From: Octopus bimaculoides
Taxonomy: Eukaryota
Reading direction: 5' to 3'
DNA: 64,000 nt
Assembly: GCF_001194135.2 (NCBI RefSeq)
Contig: NC_068987.1
Span: 7,106,517 to 7,170,516, forward strand
Shown: in pieces, positions 1-13,395 of the stretch
Layout of the letters: each line of letters opens with the position of its first letter
Numbering within the stretch: position 1 is the first letter of the stretch
Position numbers and translations under genes: made by a program
Notes under the pieces: model-generated
Told to the model about the DNA's origin: nothing
The model's input: the letters and a program-made list of their open reading frames with translations, nothing else
The model's database searches: none

Positions 1-959
1 ATTATACATTCATGCCCATGGTGGCTGAAATCTCATCGGGCGAGCAATAATACAACCATTTACTCGATCTCATGTGACATGTATTGTTTATATTTTCGCT
101 TAGAATTTCAAATATTCTATTTCACGCTAGGAAGAGACACAATTTATTATATATATTGCTCGGTTGGGTAAGATAAAGTTTCTAAGGACATATAAATTTC
201 GACAAAATTTGAACAATATTTCAGATAAGCCGCTAGGCACTCGTGAATTGAGAAAGTTAATGAATATGAAACGTTTGTGCGTTATGGAGACATTAAAAAG
301 TGGATACTTATGACACGGAGTAAACAAAATTCATTCCTTTCAGCTTAGGAATCATTGTGTGTACTACTAAATACCAGAGTTAGCGACCTGTTAATAGTGC
401 AAATAACAGAATGTCTTGTAGTGTATTAAAAACGAAGAGAAAATTCCAGAGACATTCATTGTTCCAAATAAATGTCCATTCAGTTGTTCAGGGAGTATAT
501 AACAATTTCAATAATTCTCAATAACGAAAATGAGTGAAGAATTCTCACTATATATTAGGATAATCAATAGTTTTACTAATGTTTAATATAAGATTTTTCT
601 GCAACATTTAATTCTATCTCTGTATCACTCGAACCTATATCACTTGATTTTGAGTGTCACATCATGCTGCAGTAATATACATAGTCAAGCTTTAAATATT
701 CTTATACGTTGTAACTATTATATAAATATATGCACAGTTACGTTAATATATGAAACTTTTTGATGTTGCATATGCACTAGAATTCATTATTTTCTCTTAT
801 AATCCACGGCATCCGTATATAAATTTACGAATCTTTACACATTATACACATATTTACACAATCCGAGACAAAATAAACCAATCTTACAACACAAAAGCAA
901 ACTAATAATGCAAGATGGTAAACTATGCCAGAAGACAATGGTTAAAAATTATTCGAGGT

Positions 960-1095
960 TGGGGGGTGCAATACTCAATTTCATCGACTACAATAATTTA
1001 TTGGTAAGAATTTTATCGACCCCAGAGGGATTAACGACTAAGTTGATTTTGAATTTCAAATCGGAACGTAAAGGTCCGGAACACATGCTGTAAAG
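960..1095 (-). mobile_element. SINE family A, decayed fragment
   Basis: Reverse complement of the central domain and B-box (ttggta..ttttatcgaccc.gaggga...gaattt.aaatcggaacgtaaag). Confidence 0.55.
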
Positions 1096-1394
1096 AGTAT
1101 TTCTTTGATAATTTAACGATTCGGCAAATTCATTGCTCTAATTCTGTAAGAGAATAACAAGTAGAATTTAAAAAGCTGATATTCAAATCAGAGGCGCTGT
1201 TTCGATTCCCATAGTGATCGTTGAAACATTCAGAGACTATCATACTTTAGCTCATGATGTGCTGTCACTCACCGACTATGTATGTATATAATATATATAT
1301 GTATATATACGTATGTGTATAATAAACCAATGTTGTCTTCGAAACATATGTCGGAAGTAAAAGAATTTGAATAACATCTGCGTTTAACTCCATT

Positions 1395-1442
<48 letters not shown>

Positions 1443-1489
1443 TGTATGTATGTATTCATAAATACATGTGTGCTGGGGATGTTAGTCAC

Positions 1490-1680
1490 AAACTTTTGAC
1501 AACCTGTCTTGGTTTGTTATTCGTTCACGTTCTCCTAACTTAGCGATGCGGCATGAGAAACTGATAGAATATGTACCAGGTTTTAAAACATTAAGTACTG
1601 CAGTTCATTTGTTCCACTTAACTCTTCAAGACGGTACCGCAGCATGACTGCAGACCAACACGTGAAACAGATGGAAGAAA
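1490..1680 (+). mobile_element. SINE family B, decayed 3' half
   Basis: ttgacaacc.gt.ttggtttgtt...taacttagcg.t.cggca..gaa.ctgatagaata.gtaccagg...cttcaaga.cggt.c.cagcatgactgcag. Confidence 0.65.
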
Positions 1681-3738
1681 AAAAAGATATACATATACAC
1701 AGACATACATACATACATACATGCGTGTAAGTCATGCATATATTCATAGGTTCTTACGTATATTTGTAAGTGCACGTGAATATATAACATTGAATTTTAG
1801 ATTTTAGAAATTCGTTGCTGAAGATATTATGTATTGACAACGAATGAAAATTACAGGGCGAACGGGAAATAAAGAATCTCTTGAATGCTAACATGAATGA
1901 AATAAAATTTTGTTAACGTAAAACATCGAAAATCAAAGCAATAATATGTTACATTGTATTAAAAACTCGCTGAATGGAAACAGAAAATAAAACAGCAATG
2001 TGAAGGTAATAAATAGAAGTATTTGGTGTCTTGGAGCGGTACAAATAAAAATGCTCATGCAGAGATAAACACATACACACGTACACACAGAAATACACAC
2101 AGACACGCACACACGTACAGACACACACACACACTTACAGACACATCTACATATATATACGTATATGAGTATACGTATATGTATATACATGTATATGATT
2201 ATATGCGTATTGCGTATAAATAAATACCAAAGCATAGGCTCGTATAACATATATTTATACGCTGGCGTATATACGAATGTAGTAATTTATATGGTGGTAT
2301 TTGCGTGCTGATGTATTGTTAAGGATTTCGATTATATACACAGATATAAATGTATACTTACGTATGTATACGCACACATATGCGTACATACACACATACG
2401 CACACACGCGCGCACACACACCTATATATGTATATATGAATAACTCTATACATACACATACAGGTGTACATATATGTATATATAGATCTATATATACACT
2501 TATATGTGTTCGTGCGCATGCGTGTACATGTATGTATCAAATACAAACATACATATATATATATATATNNNNNNNNNNATATATATATATGTTTGTATTT
2601 GATATTCTCCCTACGTAACGATACAAAAAATCTAATGGTGGAAGACAAATATGTTTTGCTGGGCACATTGATATTTGGAAATCAAAATATGAATATATCG
2701 ATAATAATTTATTTAGATAAATATAGACATAAAGAAACATGATGAAATACATGACCTAGATTGAGAAATGTAATATTATTTATTCTGCAGCGCATAATGT
2801 GATGTTCTTTATCCAATGAAATCTTTCAATTTGCTATCTCTTTGTGAATTCATATTTACACTTTGTACTTTTGTATATTGTGTTCCTTGTGTAATATATT
2901 AGATTTTCATGATTTTTTCTATACATATCTATCTACATCCTTATCTATAGACAGACACGCACATACGCACATGCAAACATACACAAACACAGACGTCTTG
3001 TGGCTCTTGTTCCACTAGTGGGCACCAATCCCATTAGTGCGGTTTTTCATTAGGGTATAACCCCACTATATCCACGCTGCATTGTTTCGTTGCTTCATCT
3101 CTTCAGGTCTGCTGCCGACCAAAGCAGGTTAAAGTACAACGGTAGCACCTCAAGAAGGATATGTCTCTTCTCTACACAGCATGGTCTTAAACTATAAGAG
3201 GTTATAGATTCACTTCACTAGTCTCTAACGGATTGCTGGCCTCTAATGGATCAATGCCACATCAGCACCATATCTTTTATCCTTTACCTTTTGGGTGTTT
3301 CAGGCATTAGATTGGGACCATGCCCACATGGCATAACAAGGTGAAACAAGTGTCTTAGCTTGCTATGCCAAGTGGGCATAGCCTGGGGATTGCGTGAAGG
3401 CACAAGATGTGTTTTAAAAATGCTGACTGAGATGTTTTCATGACATGAAACTACTAGTAGCTCATGAAAACATATATGTGTTTATTAAATAATATATACA
3501 TACATACATTCACACACACACACACACACACATTCCACAGATGAGATCCAGAGATTCTTAGTGTAGAAGACAGCAGCGCTCAAAATATTCATACTTAGAA
3601 TCCGCTGTCTTAATAGGGGATGAATGCCAATGGTTATAAATGGGATCAGGTTGAGAGGATATAGAGACAATTATGCAAAACGTGTTGCATGTATACATAT
3701 ATACATATTTACTACATCCAATTTCTTTATCCGCATAA

Positions 3739-3741
<3 letters not shown>

Positions 3742-3789
<48 letters not shown>

Positions 3790-4241
3790 TCCTTCCACGT
3801 GACTGGTGTCCGGCCAGCCATGATCTTTCTTTCTTGGTCTGACTGCCGACCGCCAACACCTCTTGTGTCCATCTCCCACGTTCCTGCCTTTAGGCTTTCA
3901 CTTCATACACGCCAGCTCAATTTGATTCGTTCTCAGTCGAAAGACACCTGTTATTTTCTTGTTTTTTGTATTCGTAATTATGTACCATGTTCTTCGTTTT
4001 TTTTTTTGTCTTTTTGTGTACCAAGTTCTCCGTTTTTTGTCTTTGTTGCCGTACACATTCGCTAGATTTCTTACAAAGGGGGCAACCAGATCGAACCATG
4101 TCTAGTGTAACGTGTAACCGCCCGAAACCGCTTTGTATAGTCTATCTGTCCGAATGTTTTATTGTCCTCTATTGCGTTTTTGTTCCATTTATATACATAC
4201 ATACATACATACATACATACATACATACATACATACATACA

Positions 4242-4271
<30 letters not shown>
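3742..4271. repeat. Microsatellites (CT)n 3742-3786 and (TACA)n 4193-4271
   Basis: Direct reading of the sequence. Confidence 0.9.
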
Positions 4272-4272
<1 letters not shown>

Positions 4273-5391
4273 CTGCGTGTATCTGTGATTTTCTTTGTGT
4301 TTGTTCATACGTGTGTGGTATATATATGCTTCTGTTATATCCGTTACATAAATATGGCATTGGTGTGTTCATAACCAAATTTAAATCTTCTTATATTTCG
4401 AGGTGCTCCTGTTGAAGGGACACGTGAGACAGAAAGTCGCTGAAGAGGTCACAGGAAGTGTGATGAAAGATTTCAGACAAAGGATACTAAAATAAAAACC
4501 ATAATGCAGCTGACGTAAAGAATGAAAATATTGCGCGTGTATTTTTTTTTTTTTGCTTCCTTTTTTTTTTTTTTGGCAAGTTTGACCATCCCGAAATATG
4601 ACAATATTTGTTTCAACTGATGGATTTCACATCAAGAATCATGCAAAACAAATATAAATATATAAACTTAAAAAAAGAATATATAAATCATTAACATACA
4701 AGCTGTTTTGATACGCAAACGTTGCGTGCCGCTGGTCAATATCATAAATTTTGAAGTGAGATAAATTCCGTTGAGATTGTAACGATTAAAGGTTTTCTCA
4801 GCGCCAAAATTACCTTCACTTTCCCAATAGGTAAATACAACTGCAAATGTTAAAACATGAATACATCCTAGTAAATGATTAATTTGCGTAACTGCATACA
4901 GATTTGATTTGTATTTCTCATTTTAATACGTTTATATAAAAGCAGAAACACACATAAGCACACTGAAAGTATTTGCAAATGAGATTACAACGTTACATGA
5001 GACAAATTCAAATTTTATGCTGACAAATGTTTTCATTGATATACATTAAAAAATACTTCGGTTTGTTACGCTCTAAAAGTTTAGATTACTCTTTATATTC
5101 TATGATAAAAGAAATGAAATCCTGTTGCAGAATATACTTACTACGGTCTTTTGTGTCAGGTCAAGATGTAATGTAACTGTACGCTGCGATACATAAATGT
5201 TATACATGAGAAATGAGAATCGCCAGAAACTCAGTTTCATAGTTAAAGCAAATAACTTCGAGGAATATTTGTGCGATTTTCCGTAAGTAAAGGCAGTATC
5301 TTTATCTAGATTTAGAAAACCAGTTAAAGATTTTTTCCTTGTTATGAATTATGCTTGATTATGATTTCTGTTAATGAGGTCTATATTCTTT

Positions 5392-5625
5392 TTTCTTGTT
5401 TCAGGCATTTGCCTGCGACCATGCTGGGGCATCACCTTTAGTCGAAGATATCGACCGTGTGACCTATTCTTTGTAAGCCTAGTACATATTGTATATGTCT
5501 CTTTTGCCAAACCGTTAGGCTACAGCGACGTAAACATACCAACATCGGTTGTCAAGCGATGGTGGTGGTGGGGTACAAGCATAGATACACAAATGCATAC
5601 ATACATACATACATACATTGTGTTA
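5392..5625 (-). mobile_element. SINE family B, 3' half
   Basis: cttgtttcag.catttg.ctgcg.ccatgctgg...tattctttgtaagcctagtac...catcggttgtcaagcgatg is the reverse complement of the B tail. Confidence 0.8.
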
Positions 5626-5655
5626 TTATAGTATGGGCACCACATGTAGAAATGA

Positions 5656-5696
<41 letters not shown>

Positions 5697-6065
5697 ATAA
5701 TAGAAAATACTTAATATTTCCTGAGTTCTATTGCTATTTTCTTATATATTCTCCACTGAGTCTGTGTTTTAAGTCGGTTTGATTTAGCCGTCGATAAATC
5801 TATTTTGCAGGGCTTGTTGATAAAATCAATGGCGTAGCGATTGGAAAAATAAATAATACCCGAAGTTTAAAGACATCATGCACAGGAGACATCCGAGGAG
5901 TGTACAGAGCAGTACTTAAATGAGAATTTTTCCTCCATACTGCAAACGACAAATAATGCGTAAGTTGCTTACTGTCTAAATCGTAGTTATTATTTTACAT
6001 GCTTCTGTATTATGACATATTAGCGAAAGCAGTACAATGTCGCATACAATATCTTGTAGTGTTAT

Positions 6066-6270
6066 GGCTGTGAGCTGGCAGAAACGTTAGCACGCCCGGC
6101 GAAATGCTTACCAGTGTTTACGTTCTGAGTTCAAATTCCGCCGAAGTCGACTTTGCCTTTTATCCTTTCGGAGTCGATAAATTAAGTACCAGTTGCGTAC
6201 TGCGATCGATCTAATTGACTGGCCTCTCCCCACAAAACTTTGGTCCTTGTGTCTAGAGTAGAAAAGAATA
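6066..6270 (+). mobile_element. SINE family A (tRNA-derived, Meta/MESC-like central domain)
   Basis: ggc.gtgagctggcagaaacgttagcacgc..B-box gagttcaaattcc..gtcgactttgcctttcatcctttcgg.gtcgataaattaagtaccag. More than 10 copies in the window. Confidence 0.85.
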
Positions 6271-6628
6271 TCCTGTAGTATCTCCGTCACTCTACGATCT
6301 GAGCTTAGCTTCCACCACTTTCAATGTTACTTACTTAAGTGGAATTTACCTGCCATGTTTTCAGCAGTCGATATACTTAAAATAAGTCGGTTTCATGTGT
6401 ACGGTTCGATCTCATCGATTTCTCTCTTCCCAAAATGCATGACCTCTTGATAACACGAGATAGTATTATAATATGATCTTTTTGTAGTAGAAAATATGAA
6501 AAATATGATATGCGTGAAAGATTAACATTATCGCTTAAAGCAGGATTTTACGTGCTAAGAAATAATAAGGTAATTTATGATGCTGTAAACAAATGATGTT
6601 CACTAAAAAAGTGGATACTAAAATACAA

Positions 6629-6692
6629 ATATATACATAAATGATGTATCGATCAAAAAAATATATACATAAATGATGTATCGATCAAAAAA
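6629..6692. repeat. Exact 32-bp tandem duplication
   Basis: atatatacataaatgatgtatcgatcaaaaaa x2. Confidence 0.9.
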
Positions 6693-7154
6693 ATAATCAC
6701 CACCAGTACATGAATACTAAAGAATTTATCAACATCATACGGATTAAAGGGAAAAGATATCATGCAAGGATTAGAACCAGTGACTTTAGCAAGAGAGAAA
6801 GGCAGTCCAAACTATTTAGTTTTCAAATTCTTCCAACACTCCTCCGAATTATGAAAGCATCTGAATGCTTAGAGAAATAAATAAATGGAAAATCAATACT
6901 TAAATACAATTGCAGGGCATTTTACACGATAATGGTTGAAATACGATTATCAAAAAAATATGATAATAGTAATAATAATAATAATAATAATAACAACAGC
7001 AACAAATGAAATTTTAGAAGCAGTACCACAGCCATATCTCTACACACGTCCCGGATTGGTGGAAAGATATGAGAGATATTTATATCACGATAAATTGAAA
7101 TAAGTATCGATATATATTCCCAACAATAGAAATTCCAATGAGTATTGATCTCAG

Positions 7155-7826
7155 GCATTTCAGGAATAATGTGCAGCTTTATACACATAAAATACGATAT
7201 GGCATTTCCAACAAGGCCCCTGATAATCTATTGTTTAACTATATCCAATGCTCGTCTCATAGACAGCATTTAGATATATTTAATTATATATATATGTGAC
7301 ATGAACAATACGAGATTTCGTCTTGAATTTTTTTTTATACGTAAAACGAAAAATAGAGTTAATACATATTCTTCCACGAATACCTAAACAGATAATCACA
7401 CGCACACACACACGAACACGCACACACACACAAACACGCACACGCACGATCGAATATGTATATANNNNNNNNNNNNNNNNNNNNNNNNNNNNNNNNNNNN
7501 NNNNNNNNNNNNNNNNNNNNNNNNNNNNNNNNNNNNNNNNNNNNNNNNNNNNNNNNNNNNNNNNNNNNNNNNNNNNNNNNNNNNNNNNNNNNNNNNNNNN
7601 NNNNNNNNNNNNNNNNNNNNNNNNNNNNNNNNNNNNNNNNNNNNNNNNNNNNNNNNNNNNNNNNNNNNNNNNNNNNNNNNNNNGCATTTCAGGAATAATG
7701 TGCAGCTTTATACACATAAAATACGATATGGCATTTCCAACAAGGCCCCTGATAATCTATTGTTTAACTATATCCAATGCTCGTCTCATAGACAGCATTT
7801 AGATATATTTAATTATATATATATGT
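7155..7826. repeat. 143-bp exact direct duplication across an N-gap (7155-7297 = 7684-7826)
   Basis: Identical gcatttcaggaataatgtgc...attatatatatatgt on both sides of the gap at 7465-7683. Confidence 0.9.
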
Positions 7827-7869
7827 ATACATACATATTCGTACATACATATGGATCTCATATTCAGTT

Positions 7870-8222
7870 ATATCTAATATGAAAAGCAATAAAGATTTCA
7901 AATATTTTAGAATCCAAGCTTGTAAAAATACTCTACTTTTCCAATTTCGAAATAAGTTTTAAAACACATATAAATGAATACATATTCATACATACATGCA
8001 TTCATACATGCGTGTGTCTGTGTGACTGAATGTGTGCGTGTGAGTGTGTGTATGTCAACATATGTGTATATTTTGTGTGTGTGTGAGGGGAGATGTCGTG
8101 TATGTTCGTGTCTCCTATACAATTATATCTAATATGAAAAGCAATTCAGATTTGAAAAAAAATTAGAATCCAAACTCGGAAAATTACTCTACTTTTCGAA
8201 TTTTATAATAAGTCTTGAAACC
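7870..8222. repeat. Diverged ~95-bp local duplication (7870-7965 and 8125-8222)
   Basis: tatctaatatgaaaagcaat...agaatccaa.ct...aaa.tactctacttttc.aattt..aataagt.tt.aaac in both copies. Confidence 0.8.
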
Positions 8223-9364
8223 ATGAGATCAACTTACAAACAAGATTCCACACCAAGTCCCTATATTTAAATAAACTTAAGCGTAAATCCAGAATGATAC
8301 AGGTGCTACTCTAACAACACAAGATGGTGTCTGTGTTATGATAAAATGATGGAAATGTCAAAAATAAAATGGACGTATTTACGTATTTTTGGTATAATAA
8401 TGCTGTTGATCCTGTATTCTAGATGGAATTACGAAATAAATAACCAAAAAGTTATCCCTGGAATTTGGGATAAGTCGATATCATCAACGTCCATTACTTG
8501 ATTAGTATTTCATTTTATTGACTCCCAGCAAGATTTGAACTCATATCATAAAGTATTGGGACAAATAATGCAAGGAATATTTCTGGAGCTCTAGAGAATC
8601 AATCAGGTCACTGCCTTAAAAAACATGTGCCATTAATATGATTAAATACATTCATGTGACATTTTCAAATAATAATTTAAAGTTTATGCATTGTCATTGA
8701 TTTACAATATACCGATTCCTTACAGTGAGGAATTAAAACTGAATTTTCTCACAAGAAAGCTGCTAGTTTTTTTTTATACTCATGTTTTAGTTCTTCTGAT
8801 TCATCATTTCCATGCTAGAAAGTTGTTTATTTGCATATATTCTAATAAATATAAAATTAATAATCCGTTATATGCAACGAAAGTAAGATTGAATTAAAAT
8901 AGGCGTCTATATATCATTGTTAATGCTAATGCAACATGGAAAAGCAACCTAACTGCAGTATTCGTCAAGAGATTGTATCTGTTATGGACGTACTGTGTTT
9001 AATAACAAAAAATATATCGGTAGCAGACGAAAATCACCCAGAAGCTGTGACGAGAAAACTAGATGTAGGTTTCAGCTTCCTTGAGATTTGTCAATAGCAT
9101 GTATTCACTGACCACCGAATGCTAGGACAAAATTTATAGTTACATCATACACATTATAGAAATGATAGTTAAAGTAGTAGCACCTAGCCACCTGGCGTGA
9201 CTTTAACGTAGTTCATCCTCTTACAAGTATTTGGACTAGGTTTCTAGTTTTAAGAAACCGTCATCTCTTCTTCCCACTGGTCTCAGAGACGCTGAAAAAT
9301 AAAGGATCATGGATGTCGTTTTTCCCTCTCGGATTTATTGTTAGAAATTTCAGAATAATTTTCA

Positions 9365-9398
9365 GGTGGTGGTGGTGGTGGTGGTGGTGGTGGTGGTG

Positions 9399-9441
<43 letters not shown>
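9365..9441. repeat. Compound microsatellite (GGT)n(AGT)n
   Basis: Direct reading of the sequence. Confidence 0.95.
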
Positions 9442-9442
<1 letters not shown>

Positions 9443-10120
9443 TGTGGCGCCGGTGTTAAATTTAGCTGCAGTAGTAACTCTGGAGGAGATGAGGGAGGGG
9501 TGTTGCTTTCTTTGCTGCCTCGACCTACTTCCCTTGCTTTGTTATTCCACTTCTTTTTTATGACACTGTTTACCACCACAACAATGGTCATGATGGCGGG
9601 AAAGGCAGGAAAGTGGTTTATCCTTTGTCTGTTGTGATCAATATTATTACTGTTCACGTGGTTATGATAAACACCACGACGTGTGGGAGAATTTGGCAGG
9701 TTGTTTTACTTGTTTGGAATATGGCTGTTATGCTTGCAACTGCTGCTGCCGCCATTCGTGATCCCACTCATCGTAGTAGCAGTGAGGCATATTTTAGCAT
9801 TTGAAGTTTGTGAAGCGGGAAAATTCATTGATCACTTAATCCCTCTTCTTTCAAATTTGATCGCTCCACTTTCCAATTGGCTGGTTGTTTAAGACGTCAG
9901 CATTAAAATTTTTTTTTTAATGTTTCGAAAAAAAAAAAATCAGATTTCTGTTCTAATTTTCCCCCTAACAGGTCAATGTATAAAGAACTTAAGCAGACCC
10001 GGTCCTTGGTTGCTAACAAAATATAAATAACAGATACTAACATAGTCTATATATGTATGGATAAAACATTGTGGTGAAAGTACACCTTGTACATACAACA
10101 AAATATACATTATCAACAAT

Positions 10121-10338
10121 CCTTTCTACTATAGGTGCAAGGGCAGAAAATTTGTGGTTGGGAAGGAGCAGATCGATTAGAACAGCTCCAATGTTCAACA
10201 GGTACTTATTTTATTGGCCCCGAAAGGATGAAAGACAAAATAGACCTTCAGCGGCATTTCAAATCAGAACGTAAAAACGGACGAAATGTTGCGAAATATT
10301 TCGTCAGACATCATAACGTTTCTGCCTGCCCACCGCTT
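10121..10338 (-). mobile_element. SINE family A
   Basis: Full-length reverse-complement copy ending ...aacgtttctgcctgcccaccgctt. Confidence 0.8.
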
Positions 10339-10356
10339 AATGACAGTAATACTATA

Positions 10357-10566
10357 TTCTCTATGCATAAGGTCTGAAATTTAGAATGGGGAGGGGTCTA
10401 GTCGATTACACCAATTTCAGTGCTCAATAGGCACTTATTTCATCGACCTCGAAAGGATGGAAAGCAAAGTAGACCTGGGCGGAATTTGAACTCAGAACGA
10501 AAAGACGGACGAAACGCCGGTAAGCATTTCGTTTGTGGGATAATGATTTTGCTAGCACACCGACTT
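10357..10566 (-). mobile_element. SINE family A (tandem neighbour of previous copy)
   Basis: Second reverse-complement copy ~20 bp downstream (atcgacctcgaaaggatggaaagcaaagtagacc..ggcggaatttgaactcagaacg). Confidence 0.8.
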
Positions 10567-10571
10567 ATGAT

Positions 10572-10574
10572 AAC

Positions 10575-10636
<62 letters not shown>

Positions 10637-10766
10637 TCTTGCTTGAATATTACTACACAACACTCCTCAACCGTTTTTGTTAACCTTCAATATATTTGTT
10701 CACCTTGAACACTTTTATCCATGTTTAAAAAATATGCGATTATATATTTCTGAAACCATGAATATC

Positions 10767-10842
<76 letters not shown>
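10572..10842. repeat. Two (AAT)n microsatellites (10572-10632, 10766-10842)
   Basis: Direct reading of the sequence. Confidence 0.95.
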
Positions 10843-10844
<2 letters not shown>

Positions 10845-11329
10845 TTCAATTTCATTAATAGACTCAACACTCAAAAATTCATACAGTAGTAGAAGTGATT
10901 TGTGACGTGTCTTTTCCATATGTGAAATGAAATAGAGACTGAAAATATTGATTTCTTTTGAAACTACTTATAATATCTATGAACGGTAGAAGAAGCAAGA
11001 GAAAGAGAAATGGAAGGAATGCAGGAAGAATGAGAGGTGGAAAGCATTGGCCAAGTAAACATGCCTTTTATGTTGTTTTCCGCCACTATCATTTTATATA
11101 TACGTACAACCAGTATGTATGCGGTTGCTTCTGTCTTGTGTGGAAATTTTAGTCGATCGAAATTTAATCAATTATTTGTAGGAATGACAGAATTGGTAGA
11201 GCTTTGGAAAACATACCTCGAGGTATTTAGGTACAGTAATTTACCTAGTTGGTTCAAATCTCACCGTATTTAAAATTGTCTTTCCTCCCTCCAGAGTTGA
11301 TTAGATATATTATTAGCCAAGTAATGGGG

Positions 11330-11520
11330 ATCCTCTTAACTTGATTGTTCCCTTCAATGTAATCTCTGACCTTCTACCTATGTTAGAAGGAGATATTGAA
11401 AGGATGAAGTTGCTATCACGAGACTTTCTCGGATGGCGAGATGGTGTGAGAGCGGTTGCTATGGCATTGAGGTAGATCCGGCCATCCCCGTTAACGGGGA
11501 CAAAACCCGAATTTAAAACA

Positions 11521-11557
<37 letters not shown>
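11330..11557 (+). mobile_element. RTE-like LINE 3' end with (GAT)n tail
   Basis: Short terminal reading SRDFLGWRDGVRAVAMALR*, then a compact 3' UTR (gatccggcca..ccgttaacgggga..aaacccg) and a (GAT)n tail, the typical RTE 3'-end architecture. Confidence 0.5.
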
Positions 11558-11559
<2 letters not shown>

Positions 11560-11619
11560 GCTGACGAGCTAACTGAATCGTTAACGTTCGACAAAATTCT
11601 TAGCATTTTTTTTTTTTTT

Positions 11620-11765
11620 GCTGGCTCTTTACGTACTTAGTTCGAATCCTGCGAAGGTCACCTTAGCTTCTCATCTTTCGGGTCGAGAAAATAAAGTTCC
11701 AGTCGATATAATCGTCAATGACTACCCCCAAAATGTCAGACTTCTACCCACAGTCGAAACAACTA
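11620..11765 (+). mobile_element. SINE family A, decayed 3' part
   Basis: tttacgt..t.agttcgaatcctgcgaaggtcaccttagcttctcatctttcgggtcgagaaaataa aligns to the family A core. Confidence 0.55.
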
Positions 11766-12667
11766 TTAAAGGGACAGGGGTCGAGGCTGGATTGGGGATT
11801 GGCAGAATAGTTAGAGCATCTGTCAAAGTACATTGAGGTACTGCTTCCATGTCTTATTTTCAGAATTCAAATCCTTCTTGAGGTTTGTTTTTGCGTCCAT
11901 CCATTAAAAATAAAAGAACCAGTTATGTACTGGATTTGACGTAATCTGTTAACCTTTCCCCCTCCAAATATCTGACCTTGTACCTCAATTAGATGTTAAC
12001 GACTGTGGATTATCAGAATAATGAAAGCGTCGGAGAAATGCATTGTGGGATTTGTTCCAGCTCACAACAGTCCAAGATTAAACCTTGAAATGTTACCAGA
12101 CCTTTTTTTATGTTGTTTTTGTTTGATTTTCTGCACAATTATTTTAATTCCCAAACGGATGTTATTTCTAACTTCGCTTTTCATATTCTGCACATTATGA
12201 AAAGCTCTCTTCTGTCCTATCAGGATAATTCCTCCATTTCATAGAGATATATCTTACGTTTGTACTGGTATTACAGTATTAGACGAAACGTTTCCAGTCG
12301 TCCTAGACAGCAATATTCACGACTACGTAGATGGATATGCCTCAGAATGACCGCGAAACGGTTAATGAGTGAAGGGGAGATAAGGGTGTTGAGAAGGTGA
12401 AGTGGGAGACAAAGGCGAAGATGGACGAGAAAAAGAGAAATAGGAAACTGTGTGCACAAAATCAATACAAGACATAAGAAGAACAAGATTACACTGTAAA
12501 ATGTATTTAATCCGATTACAAATCCCGATAAAATTACTTGACAGTTGAAGTCTTCAAAAACTTGTGGTTCCCACATAAATATACTTAGGAAAATGCATAT
12601 AACTACATAGATACATATAAAGTGAAACCAAGTACTTTCAGAATATTACATTTAATAATGATTTCTG

Positions 12668-12873
12668 GTTTAGGCACAAGGCCATCAGATTTGAGGGGAG
12701 GGGACTAGTCGATACCATAGGGGGCGATAGTATCGAGGAAAGACCTCCCCTCAAACTTTATTCGTTGATCTCGGAAGGATGAAAGGCAATGTTGAATTTG
12801 GAGGGGTTTGTTTTCAGAATGTAAAAGAGCCGGAAGAAATACTGCGACACTCTATTCTGCCCACCCACTGCCA
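12668..12873 (-). mobile_element. SINE family A, decayed, with local inversion
   Basis: gatctcggaaggatgaaaggcaatgttgaattt..g...tttg..tcagaatgtaaa is the reverse complement of the core. The tail region contains an inverted segment (see findings). Confidence 0.65.
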
Positions 12874-13342
12874 GAATAATATCAACAGCAACAACAGTAG
12901 CAACAACAACAAAAACAACAGCGAAAACATCAACAACAACAATGGGGGAAAACACGCTCAGGAGCAACTAAAGGACCATACAGATCCCGAATCATCCTAG
13001 GCTCCAGGAATTCTAGGACAAGTGATTTTGTCTCTATCCTCCGTAGTTTTCAGTAGACAGGCACGTAGGTGGTCCATTTACTCGAGACTTATTAACCACT
13101 TGATTGTTTCAAATAAACATACTGAAGTGTTCAGCTCCCGACGAGTAGCTCGCTGTGAGAACCCATCCCTGAATAATTATAACATCAGAGGATCTACTAG
13201 CCAGGAAGCATGTGTAGACTGGACTCTATCTGCTCCATCCCCTCAATCTCTCAATTTTGATGCATATATGTCTATATACACACATATATACATACATACA
13301 TATATATATATATACATACATATGTGTGTATATATACATATA

Positions 13343-13395
<53 letters not shown>

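Noticed and set aside
2990-3430. GC-richer block possibly from a LINE end
   Set aside because: It is single-copy in the window with no translatable motif, so it cannot be classified from sequence alone.
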